From Mizuhopecten yessoensis (Eukaryota), in NCBI RefSeq assembly GCF_002113885.1, contig NW_018408922.1, positions 2,098,458 to 2,162,457 of the forward strand: a DNA stretch of 64,000 nt, written 5' to 3'. The notes beneath the pieces are model-generated. The model made no database searches. It was not told the origin of the DNA and was given only the letters and a program-made list of their open reading frames with translations. Each line of letters starts with the position of its first letter. Position 1 is the first letter of the stretch. A program made the position numbers and the translations under genes. This document shows positions 1 to 12,968 of the stretch, one piece after another.

Positions 1-304
1 AAGCCCAATCAGATAAAATATCACTTCTGACTCTTGACATTTTGAGAAGGATTGCATTACGGAGTTGAATAACATTTGATATAATTTTCATAATAACACC
101 TGGACATTTGGATTTTTTTTCAAGACATGAAACTTAAATAACATATCACCTAATTGTAGATAATACATGTATAATGTGTTTTTAGATTTATAACAGAAAG
201 ACTTTAAAAGTAAATTTATAACTACCAAAACAGTTTGTACGTAACACAACAATGGCCCACTTCAGCCACTTAAATACAAATAATGAATATATATATAACT
301 AACT

Positions 305-418
305 TGATCTTCTTGAAAGACCACCCCTATTTAGCAATCATATCTATTATGAGATCACCTCTGTTAGGAGACCAAGTTTGGACCTTTCCTTGGGTGGTAT
401 GTCAAAACAGATTTGATT
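305..418. mobile_element. GACCACCT-subrepeat MITE family relic
   Basis: GAAAGACCACC...GAGATCACCT...GAGACCA...GGTGGTATGTCAAAACAGATTTGA. Confidence 0.45.
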
Positions 419-1397
419 TCCTGAGGTGAAACTTTCCTTATTAATTACAAACTCTTTACTCTATTAGAAAAGAGAAAAAGAAAAAAATTACTTCATTTAC
501 TTCATTTATTTCAAAGCAATAATTCAGAAGAAAAAAATAGCTCCATTGTTAAGTAATATGGAGAATCACGAAAGACAATCTCGTATTGCCTTCTTAACTT
601 CTGTGGAGCATTCAAATATGTAAGGGAGGCAACTCTAGCACAAATCACAGGTATAATGCATAAGGTAGCATACACCCTTAACTATCTTATAACCTCTGTA
701 TATCAGTGTTGAACAGTCGCTACACCTCCCTAATCATCAAAGTGGCCGAGCAAATATCGGACCAGACAGACTTTAATTCCTAACAAGCTTACAAGTAGAA
801 CAGCCAAATGCTCTGTCAAATTCAATTTTAGAAAGATTTGTCTAAAGCAGCATTTGTTTTATGCATTAGCCTTGAAAACAAACTTGCAAAACACTAAATA
901 ACTTTGAGAGAGCAATGCCAAATTCAATTTCGTATCTTTTTTTATCTGGAATACTGTTGAAGGTTGGGTGTTTTTGTTCACTGTAAGCATCACCGAATCC
1001 TAGTATGCCTATCACTCTGTTCACAGAGATTGTGTAATTGCTGGGGATTGCATGAGAACAGCTAGAGAAGGCGAGAAGAAAACATTGCTCGAGTAATCCT
1101 GCCTCACTCTGGCATGCATTGATACGTGTTTTACATGCGTAACGTAGGAAGTGAATTGTGATATCAGATGTCAATAATTGCTGCAATTGACAAAAATTAA
1201 GTATGAAAGCAGAAATGTGCCCCAGCGTGCACCTAGCGTTTGTTGTGAATTACGTCCTGCCAGGCTCACAGTGGTAGTTCGTTTATCCTTTTATTTGTGT
1301 ATTCCTTTATTCCCCCACAAAACGTGTAGTGTTGCCGTGGCTGCACAACGACAGGGCTGTGATACACCGAGATGTGCACGGCTTTTATACACCTCAC

Positions 1398-1574
1398 CGC
1401 TGTAACGGCCCCGGGAGCATGGATCGGAATGACTGGTACGTGTGATGAGAGATTGCTGCGTCTTGCTTTGCTATACATTAACATTGTCTGTGGGGAGGGT
1501 ATGTGTGGGCAGCTGCATAGTTCCTTGTAACAACACACAGGGAAATATGCTACCCCACAAACTGTGAATGTCAT
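1398..1574 (-). CDS. Weak candidate downstream alternative first exon (…MLMYSKARRSNLSSHVPVIPIHAPGAVTA)
   Basis: ATG-initiated frame of 59 codons reaches GCG|GTGAGG in phase 0, within a GC/CpG-richer island. The donor is only moderate. Confidence 0.25.
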
Positions 1575-4500
1575 ATGCTCTTTATGTATTGCATTTTTTG
1601 CAACGGTGCTATGCAGTCATTTTTTTTTGTTTTAAAAAAAAAAAAAAAAATGCCATCAGAAATTTTCCATTATCTTTAAAATGAACGTAAATTTTGAGGA
1701 GAAAAAACATTAAAACTGTACGTGAGAAGATTAAAAAGACAAAAAAGAATGCATCAAGTACAAGCAAATCTTAAAGATCAGAATGACAAAAACAAAAATT
1801 CCACAAAAAGACATGAATATCAATTTATTTATCTTAAAAAGAAATGCATATCGGCTCATCTGAAACCTAATCCAAATGTTCTAAAAAAAACAAATTGCAC
1901 TCAAAATTTTGCTATCATAATTCCAAACTAACTTCAAAGATCTTGTTAGGTAAAATATTTTCCAATTTGACAAAAGTATTGAAAATTCATCAAAAATCGC
2001 ACAATAACCACTCAAAGTACACATATATTCTACCCTACATTCATGAACTCGAACCTGTTTACAAGAATTCCTGACTTAATCAATGCAACGAGGACCTTTG
2101 GGTAAAAAACACCTGCATTAACTGCAAATCGCTTCGTTGGCAAAAGTACTACTCTGTGGTATTAACTATGGTAATTAGCCGTTACATAATTTGAAATTTT
2201 GTCACCTACGGCTGCGACTAATTATATCTACAACGACTGGGTTGTATTGCGAGGACAAAAACCTTGAACATTTTAAATTAACATGTATCAACATAGGTTG
2301 AAAGACTGATTAATGACGAATTAGCAATCTATTTTGTGATTTGTCTCGTACGTGACATCCAGAGAACAGGTAATGTCAGTACTCCCGTTGCTCTGCCTCT
2401 GATGAATTCTTCCATATTTTATGAAGTAGATTACCGCTCATTATCTCAACATATCTATTTTTGAAATTTCAACATCTCTTTTAATCAAATATGTAAATTT
2501 AATTTGAAAATTTGGTTTTAAAATGAGAGTTGATGTCTCTGTGTTCTTAACACTTGAAGAGTCTTGTCTGAATTCAGCTTGTTTGCCACAGATAGCATTA
2601 TATAGTTACATGCTCATGATCTAATGATAAATCTTTTGACCTCTGGTCATTCTGTTGACCTCTAGGTCACTGTGTTGACCCTTGGTCATTTTTTTGACCT
2701 CCGTTGGGCAAGTTAGACATGTGTCTAAATAAAGTCAAGGATTTTATAATATCGAACAGGTAATTATCTAGATTAATGAAGAAAAACTTAATTACTTCAG
2801 CAAGGTAAAATATGAATACAATGGATATCTCTATACAATTAAGCCCTGAGGTTGATACAATTAAATGATGGGAGTCAAACCCGTTATTCAGGATTCAAGC
2901 AGGCACTCAATTTACACCTCTTGGCTGACTAATTTAAGGCTTGTATATCTGATATTTAAGCTGAGGTCTGAGGCAGCTAAGACAGGGAGTCAAATAACAA
3001 AGGGCCTCAAACGAACGTGGTTAACGTTGAAAATATGTTGGTTTTTATAAGTTGTTTTAATACCCAGGTGTTTTGTTACACAAGTTTTACTTTGAAGGAC
3101 AAAAGACTCAAGATAAAGTGCATATTTTGTCAGATCCAATAGGTTACTGAAATACACAGGTTTCATACTGGACAGGTCAGTTTTAGTGAAGTATATTAGG
3201 TCAAGAACAGATTTTGTCATATAGGGCAGGTAGCTTTAAAATATACAGGATTCAGATTAAACAAGATGTATTGAAACATATTGGACTCAACATCCTTTAA
3301 ATCATATTAATTACTTTTCGACAGGTTTAAAATAAGACAGGTTTCACAGAAAACCATTGCCTAATGTACTATATTTTGGTCTCATTTTGGTCTTGTCCTG
3401 GCTAGTCGATTGCAAGCATAATCGAGTCAAACACGAGAAATACAAGTAATCCTTGGCTTAACACAGCTTTTAGACTCGCTGGTCTGTCAACAACTTGTCG
3501 TTAAGTACAACTAGTAGCCTAATTCTTATGTCTATCTGGAGAGAAAATCCTCCTTTCTATTATAACTGTCTGCCTAACAAAATTAGACAACTCGTACAAT
3601 TGTGTTTATATCTGTCCAGTGGGAGACCTGAGGCATTCTAGAACCCTTCAAGTACAATTGGAGGTGTTTATGCTATTAAAGCTATGAGACGACCAGATGG
3701 ATGAAACAAACAATCGATATTCTTCAGATTTTTTTCCCGTCTGGGAATAAAATGACAGTAATTTTCCAAACAAATATTTTGTAGATGTTTTGTCTTCCTC
3801 CGAAAGGTTGTCAGTGTATTGACACATATATAAGGAACACGTTTCCTGTACTTTCTCTCTTCCGACAGACAAACCACCATGTCTCTTTTAAAATCTGGTA
3901 ATTGATTTCCAGAGTTTGTCCCCAAACACCCAGTGGTGAAAGAAACTGGTCATTTTGTGGCAGTAAACGGAGTAGATATATCACCCAAGCAGTTTGTCCC
4001 CCTCTGGGGAGGGGCCCATGTGTCACCTTGGACAAAGCTTTCTGATTTAATGATTTGAGTTTCCTTGTTCCTAGCCGTGGTCAAGACTTGAGCCGCTGAA
4101 CAGCTTGACCAGGCTTGCAGCCTCTCCAACAATGCAAGCTGTCCACCTACAAGATTTATATCGGTCAGTTTATGGGGGACTAAACAATGACCACTATCAA
4201 CATGTGGCTGGAGATATAAAAGTGAATTTTTAATTTCCTCCAGGTGCCCTATATCAAGATGATTCCTACGATAGGCCAAATCAAAAGGTCAAAGGTTATA
4301 CTTTTTCACCTGGTAGCAAGCTTAAGCAAGCAAGGTAAACAAAATTCTCATGAATAATTCCATACTGTTTTTATGATAGATCCAATCAAATTGTGATTAG
4401 GATATAGAATATCCCCTAAATGGGGCTTTAAACACTGTCCCTTAATCTGACAGATATCTGACCCTTGCTTGCTTTCACTATAAACTAGAATATTTTAATA

Positions 4501-6139
4501 CCCGATACATTTTCTCCCTCAGCGTTTCAAAAACAAATATGCCCAGAATTGAACATGTTTCACATCAAAGATATTACTAACGGACTATACCTTACACTTT
4601 TCAAAACATATTTTTACTTTAATCAAAATGTGCCCTCCCGTTCCATGGGTGAAAATTTCGTGTTTCGTAATTCATCCAAAAAATCAGATAATATAATATA
4701 AGATATTTTGATCAGTTTTTGTCCGTAAGTGTATGTCACATGTACAAAAATATATGTAAATACTTTATAGTTGTGTAAAAAATGTAGATGGCATGGCCAT
4801 CAAATGATGTCATATTGCAAGATAAAGTGAGTTCATCTTTCATAATCGAGAAATGTCACATTTCATGATCAAGTAGCGTATGTCACACTTCATGATAAAG
4901 TGATGTTACATTTCAGAAAGGCCCTTTAATTTTACTGGAGTATACTAAAAAAAACTTCCCTCAGAGATTCAAGATGCAAATGAGTGTTTTATAACTGTAT
5001 CATATGATTTATTTGAGAAATCGTACGGCCAAATTTATAATACAATACTTTCTGTCATAATGAAGGAGACAGATATAGAAGTAAATAAACATTTGTTAAA
5101 AAATTACAAGTATATACCCGCATCGTTGATCGATGTACTCTAAATATACAGGTCGCAGACATAGTTTCGAGGCACAGTGGAGTCTCGTTAATTCAGCCAA
5201 CAGTAATCCAGATGTCCCACTAACCCACTTGTGTTTTGTATGAATGACAAGATTTCCCCTTTTCTACACAGCGCGATATCAAAATAATTCAGCCAAATTG
5301 CAAACCATTCACTTTAGATTGAAACAAATATAGAACTAATTTTACATGTATATAAATAGTTGGTAGAAAAAGACCTTTTCAAAGGCACAAAAGAAAAAAT
5401 ATATATAAATAATATTGTCTGTCAAAGAATTTTTCAGATGTTCAGACTGTCCGATGCATGTTTAAACACGGAACAAGATTTGACCTTGTGGTCACCTGCT
5501 TGGGACATTACCGGACAGCCTGGCATTGTTTGGGCGTATGTTTTGGGGCGAGGATTATCGCCCAAGCATGGTAACAGACATCTTTACGCCCAGCACAGGT
5601 GCCCAAGGTATAAATCGCCATGCAAGAACATGCCTGAGTGTGATTATCTCCGAAGCCAAGAATGGATCTTTGTCTATTTCAATGGACGTAGCGGCCAAAA
5701 ATTAAGTGATAGATTACCAGTATTTACCTTGAGGCTCTTTCTTATTAAAATCTAATTTTAAAGATGGTAATGAACCAAGATTGGTCCTGGTGGATAATAA
5801 GCTTGCAATTTTATCATAAAAAAAATCTTTATATATATAAGAGACAAAATTACAAAGCACAGGAATACCTGAATGAACATGTGTCTCCGGTAATTTTTTA
5901 GAAACATCTTCCAGTAAATTAATTCTTGAATAAAAAGAGGGTTACAGGTGGATATAATGATAATACAGAACATGAAGATTATCTGGAGAGAAGGTGAATA
6001 TTTAGCCTGCAGAGGTGGTCTCCGCCAGGTACCGGGTCAACAACATAAACACAATACCTGTCGCACATAATGGGAAGACACTCATCAGTCGCAGGTATAT
6101 ACAGGTAAAGTACGAAATTGAAACACCTTCATTGTATCG

Positions 6140-8710
6140 ACCCTACAACATCACACCCCATAATACAGTTATCGATCAGCCCCTTAGCATCATATCCCAT
6201 AATACAGTTATCAGCCCCACAACATCACATCCCATAATACAGGGTATCAGCCCCACCATGTCACATCCCATAATACTGGGTATCAGCCCCACAATGTCAC
6301 ATCCCATAATACTGGGTATCAGCCCTACAAAGTCACATCCCATAATGCAGGGTATTAGCCCCACAACATCACATCCCATAATACAGGGTATCAGCCCCCA
6401 CCATGTCACATCCCATAATACAGGGTATCAGCCCCCACAATGCCACATCCCATAATACTGGGTATCAGCCCCCACAATGTCACATCCCATAATACTGGGT
6501 ATTAGCCCCACAACATCACATCCCATAATACAGGGTGTCAGCCCCACAACATCCCATCCCATAATACTGGGTATCAGCCCTACAAAGTCACATCCCATAA
6601 TCCAGGGTATCAGCCCCACAACATCACATCCCATAATACAGGGTATCAGCCCCACAATGTCACATCCCATAATACTGGGTATCAGCCCCACAATGTCATA
6701 TCCCATAATACTGGATATCAGCCCTACAAAGTCACATCCCATAATACAGGGTATTAGCCCCATAACATCACATCCCATAATACAGGGTATCAGCCCCCAC
6801 CATGTCACATCCCATAATACTGGGTATCAGCCCCCACAATGTCACATCCCATAATACTGGGTATCAGCCCCACAATGTCACATCCCACAATACTGGATAT
6901 CAGCCCCACAATATCACACCCCATAATACAGGGTATCAGCCCCACAATGTCACATCCCATAATACTGGGTATCAGCCCCACAATGTCGCATCCCATAATA
7001 CTGGGTATCAGCCCCACAATGGCACATCCCATAATACTGGGTATCAGCCCCCACAATGTCACATCCCATAAAACTGGGTATCAGCCCCACGATGTCACAT
7101 CCCATAATACTGGGTATCAGCCCCAAAATGTCACATCCCATAATACTGGGTATCAGCCCCACAATGTCACATCCCATAATACTGGGTATCAGCCCCACAA
7201 TATCACACCCCATAATACAGGGTAGCGGCCCCATAGCATCATACCTCATAATACAGGGTATCAGCCCCCACAATGTCACATCCCATAATACTGGGTATCA
7301 GCTCTACAACATCACACCCCATAATACAGGGTATCGGCCCCATAGCATCATACCCCATAATACAGGGTATCAGCCCCATATATGCATCACATCCCATTAT
7401 ACAGGATATCAGCCCCACAACATCACATCTCATAAAAGAGGGTATCAGCCCAACAATGTCAAATCCCATAATACAGGGTAACAGCCCCAACAATGTCACA
7501 TCCCATTATACTGGGTATCAGCCCCACAATGTCACATCCCATAGTACAGGGTATAAGCCCCACAATGTCACATCCCATAATACTGGGTATCAGCCTTACA
7601 ATGTTACATCCCATAATACAGGGTAACAGCCCCGACAATGTCACATCCCATTATACTGGGTATCAGCCCCACAATGTCACATCCCATAATACAGGGTATC
7701 AGCCCCACAATGTCACATCCCATAATACTGGGTATCAGCCCCACAATGTCACATCCCATAACACTGGGTCTCAGCCCCCACAATGTCACATTCCATAATA
7801 CTGGGTATCAGCCCCACAATGTCACATCCCATAATACAGGTTATAAGCCCCCACAATGTCACATCCCATAATACTGGGTATCAGCCCCACAATGTCACAT
7901 CCCATAATACAGGGTATCAGCCCCACAATGTTACATCCCATAATACTGGGTATAAGCCCCACAATGTCACATCCCATAATACTGGATATCAGCCCCCACA
8001 ATGTCACATCCCATAATACTGGGTATCAGCTCCACAACATCACACCCCATAATACAGGGTATCGGCCCCATAGCATCATATCCCATAATACAGGGTATCG
8101 GCCCCATAGCATCACATCGCATTATACAGGATATCAGCCCACAACATCACATCTCATAATAGAGGGTATCAGCCCAACAATGTCACATCCCATAATACTG
8201 GGTATCAGCCCCACAATGTCACATCCCATAATACAGGGTAACAGCCCTACAATGTCACATCCCATAGTACTGGGTATCAGCCCCACAATGTCACATCCCA
8301 TAATACAGGGTATCAGCCCCACAATGTCCCATCCCATAATACTGGGTATCAGCCCCACAATGGCACATCCCATAAGACTGGGTATCAGCCCCCACAATGT
8401 CACATCCCATAATACTGGGAATCAGCCCCACAATGTCACATCCCATAATACAGGGTATCAGCCCCCACAATGTCACATCCCATTATACTGGATATCAGCC
8501 CCACAATGTCACATCCCATAATACAGGGTATCAGCCCCACAATGTGACATCTCATAATACTGGGTATCAATCCCAGAATGTCACATCCCATAATAGTATA
8601 GGTATCAGCTCCACAACATCAAACCCCATAAAACTGGGTATCATCCCACAGTGCCAAACCCCTGAACACAGCCAGGGAAGCCTTCTAGTGTCACATCCCA
8701 TAATATAGGA
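6140..8710. repeat. 36(-37)-bp minisatellite, subarray A (CCCCACAATGTCACATCCCATAATACTGGGTATCAG)
   Basis: About 70 directly visible tandem units. The C-run length varies (4 or 5), which shifts the frame of the repeat-derived ORFs. Confidence 0.97.
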
Positions 8711-9360
8711 AATCAGCCCTACAATATCACACCCAATAATACTTGGTATCAGCCCCACAATATCACACCCAATGATACCGGGTATCAGCCCCACAATATC
8801 ACACCCAATGATACCTGGTATCAGCCCCACAATATCACACCCAATGATACCGGGTATCAGCCCAACAATATCACACCCAATGATACCGGGTATCAGTCCC
8901 ACAATATCACACCCAATGATACCTGGTATCAGCCCAACAATATCACACCCAATGATACCTGGTATCAGCCCAACAATATCACACCCAATGATACCTGGTA
9001 TCAGCCCCACAATATCCCACCCAATGATACCGGGTATCAGCCCCACAATATCACACCCAATGATACCGGGTATCAGCCCCACAATATCACACCCAATAAT
9101 ACTGGGTATCAGCCCCACAATATCACACCCAATGATACCTGGTATCAGCCCCACAATATCACACCCAATAATATTGGGTATCAGTCCCACAATATCACAC
9201 CCAATGATACCGGGTATCAGTCCCACAATATCACACCCAATGATACCTGGTATCAGCCCCACAATATCACACCCAATGATACCGGGTATCAAGGCAGAGG
9301 CGGTTATATAGTTACCACCATCCAAACAGTCAGTGTTTCACCCAATAATACTGGGTATCA
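8711..9360. repeat. 36-bp minisatellite, subarray B (CCCCACAATATCACACCCAATGATACCGGGTATCAG)
   Basis: About 16 highly homogeneous, indel-free units up to ~9292, plus a partial unit at ~9340-9360. Confidence 0.97.
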
Positions 9361-11319
9361 GTTGACTTTAAAGACAAAACTATAAAACTGTATAGAAACT
9401 GTGATGAAAGAAAGTCTGCGTCTGTTTGACAATAGAATCACCAGCACAGTCTGAAGTGTCTCATAAAAGTTTGAAAAGTTATTTCAAAAACCATGGGAAT
9501 AATGTGTCATGAAATATACACTAATGGCTATATAACAGATCAAAGCAAACAACACCATTACCCTGTAACGAACCTGCAAATACCGAAACAGGTGAAGAAA
9601 TAAATTTGTTACAACCATTTCATTACACCATAACCGGAAACCTCAGAATGACTTACATATGTCTTGAAATTTTATGGCTTCCTCTTTCACCACAAAGTTT
9701 AAAGAGCTCTAATTATCCAGAAAGTTTCTATGTGTGAGAATTTCATTGCTGTTTAAATTCTTCCTTTTTCATATCATTTATTTAAAGCAAACAGTAACAG
9801 TATAAAAGCGGAATTCAATACCTTTTAATTTCTAACCACAGAAATTTTCTCCGCTTTGTATTGTTTACTTTTAAAAGTACGGCCTGTCAACACAATGACT
9901 TCTGCATCTTGTCAAAAACCGCAAACGAGCCCAGATCTGGTGTAGGTACAAAGATGACAAGCACTCGCTCAACACTGATCCGAGCATCAGTCATTTTCTC
10001 GCCATCCCAAGTACGAAACTATCCCTCGACACTTCTGTGAATGATGGGTCTTTCAATACAATTCAACATTATGCGTAACTATTAATGGCAGTTGCCCCAC
10101 CACCGCTTTGCATTCATCATTTTAAAACGTCAAACGTAATTGACTTCGAAACAAATTAGCCGAGCAGATCTTGATAGATATTATTTATTAATATATATAA
10201 AATGCTATCCTTCGATGTTCCTGACAACCATGGACACGTCATCGTAAAGAATTCCTTGCCAACACTCCCTAATTTACATATGTATTAGAAGCGTACAAAC
10301 TCCTGAACCATGAACAATCATGGTTAACTTGTGAATTGCCTTTTCACATCTAGTACGTAAAAGTTCTTTTTTTCCTTTTCATCGTAAATTGACAAGCATA
10401 TGATAACAGGGCTATTTGATGTCTGTCAGGCCATGAAAAAGATAGGTCTGGACAAACGAAAGGATCACGAGCCTCATGAAACCGCAATTTAACACACAAA
10501 AGACACGATTTTATGAATGAAATTTGTAGAGAAAAATGTTCATAAAAGATGTTTTAAGTTCTTTTTTACCCATTGATTAAAAAGAAGCTGACGTTATGAC
10601 AACGCCATCTATAAATTACCCGTAAGAGACCTAGCATTACTCACGAAATAAACCGGACCATATAAGGTACCGGAATAGTGTAGTCAGTTTCGTCCCCATC
10701 AAACACTTTACTCACAAATTGCTGCCTGTTTTTTAACGACAGTTTGACAGTTAACGTTAGCCCAAGGCCTGGAAGCCTTTCGACAAGTCCTTTAAAGTAT
10801 ACATGGTTACTGCAGAGTGCATTGATCTTTGTTAGAAGTTGTTCTTCACAATCACTGATCTTTGTGTTTCCTTTATTACTCCAGGGTTTTGCAAGTGAGC
10901 CGAAGCAGAAAATGAAGTTTACAAGTTCGACTTTCGACGTCTATGAAGTTTATATAGATTCTGCCGATGTTTTTGCAGAATCACAGCTGAAGCCTCACTC
11001 TGAGATGATCGTCCCGTACAATTTCCTGTGACATGATGTACTTTAGAGATGGCGACAAACAAGATTGAGTGCAAAAAAACCCGCAGAGCAGCATCAACCT
11101 TGTTTTAAGCTCGGGTCAACACAAAGGACATGTAAATGTGGAGTAAGTGAACAAATGACAGACAGAGAGAACAACTCTATACTAGCAAGTCATCAAATTG
11201 CTTTTATGCTTCATTCAATACCAAAGAAAATCTACATACATAGAACACGCAAGTCAACACTTCATGCGAATGAGAGTTAAGTTTCATCCAACAGAACAAG
11301 CTGTCGACAGTATACTCTT

Positions 11320-11510
11320 AAAACTTCTGGAAAAGGAAGAAAAATCTGCCATTAAAACCTTTCAAACTTAGGTCAACGAGTGGAATATCTATGTAGTCGG
11401 AACCGTCAAAACACTTTCAAACCAACACGAAAGAAAATCTGAGCCAGCAAAACACTTTCAAACAAACACGGCAGAAAATCTATCGTGCAAGCTGTCAATT
11501 CACTTTTAAT
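11320..11510. repeat. Degenerate ~45-60-bp tandem repeat
   Basis: AAAATCT...AAAACACTTTCAAA units recur about 4 times. Confidence 0.5.
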
Positions 11511-12968
11511 CCCTGGTTCAAAGCAAAGAAACATCCATCTTGTGTAAACCATTAGCGCACCTTAAAAGCTTGGAAAGTGAGACAAACTGTGCATACAGTT
11601 CAAACACCTCAATGGCCCTGATCTATAATACATCACTACGGATATGGGCAGAGCAGACAGATAGCCAGCAGGTCATTTCATTTCCCATCATCTGTCTGGC
11701 TTAAGACCCGAGGGCCTTAAGTTCAAACTCTATGGAGACTGGCCCCCTTTTTTTCAAATTATGTCTATGTATCTTTTATGGAACAAAGCGAATATTTTCG
11801 TTTCGTTTCTAAGTAGGGTCACTTTTACTATATCAGGATAGACGAATATCTGGAAAAACTCGGACAGATTTTAAAGGATGAAATGTTCTGAAATATTTTC
11901 AGCTAACCCAGCCTTGGTTTCTATTTCTGGACATAACAGGGCCATGCTATGAAATATAAACAAATTTTTTGTGTTTTCTGAATTTGAAATAGAAAGGACA
12001 ATAATAACTTCCAAGTTGTCTCCCTTGAAATGATGCTGTATTTGACAAATAGGCACACCTGCGTGATAATTGATATAGAAAAAGTAAAATTATGGTAAAA
12101 TACCACATACAGTAGGTAATAATTAAACCTATAACGTCAGAGTATAAACTCCCAGCGAGAAAACAGTACACAAATTTGTCAACATCGCTATAATGAAAGT
12201 AATATCAAAAGATATATAATATATGTACAATGTTCCGTAAGCTGAAATATGGAAGCAGACGGAGAAAATGCCAAAAATATGATCAATCACCTCGAGTGAC
12301 CTGGAGTGACGGGGCCAACAGCTGGATACTAATACCTGTTTATCCAGGTGTCGTTAATTACAATGTTTTTACCTGAGGACTCAGGTAGCGCTTCAAACTC
12401 TGGGTTAGTGCATTGTATCACAGAATTCATGTTTTTCTCTACTGTTCAACGGTCCAACCATATGAACCTTCTCACAAGGAAATCTTATTTTATTTTCCAC
12501 ATTTTATGTTTGGTTTTTTAATTGAATGTCATCTTTTCAATATTCAAATATCAAGACATAAATTGAGACAACTAGTGATGCACAGACATCACATTTCTCC
12601 AAATTTCTTCCCCATCTCAGGGCTAGACAATAAGGGTAACCTGCTAGTCTGAGACTTCTCAAATCTCCAGGTGGACTAGTGGTTCTAAAAATTGCTAGTC
12701 TGATTGATTAGTCAAAATTTGATAATACTTACCATGTTAAATAATATTGTTTTACTGGAAATTGCCATATGGACTAGTGAAATTGGTAACTGTTAGCCCG
12801 GCTGACTAATGTTTTTAAAATATCATTTTATTTTTATTTTTTCGTATTTCCGAAATTTTTCATTCGTGTCAACACATGTTAATTTCGAAATGACTAATTT
12901 TACTTTGCTTAAAGAAAATAGAAACTTTTCACCTGGTTGCAATGGTAGCAGGTATTAAACTGACTTAC

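Noticed and set aside
3950-4279. 109-aa minus-strand ORF as the next KIF26 exon
   Set aside because: Lacks the expected second CxxC/QLKQEA motif and clear splice sites.
6015-9325. Many ORFs up to 252 aa (SPTMSHPIILGI / GCDIVGLIPSIM repeats)
   Set aside because: By-products of a stop-free 36-bp minisatellite. They are open on both strands, frameshift at C-runs and have no splice signals.
6140-9360. CRISPR-like 36-bp repeat length
   Set aside because: Units are contiguous with no unique spacers, there are no cas genes, and the context is eukaryotic.
12732-12736. ATG|GTAAGTA strong minus-strand donor
   Set aside because: It lies inside a probable CAGGGCT-initiated MITE relic (~12617-12815) in AT-rich sequence with no promoter features.
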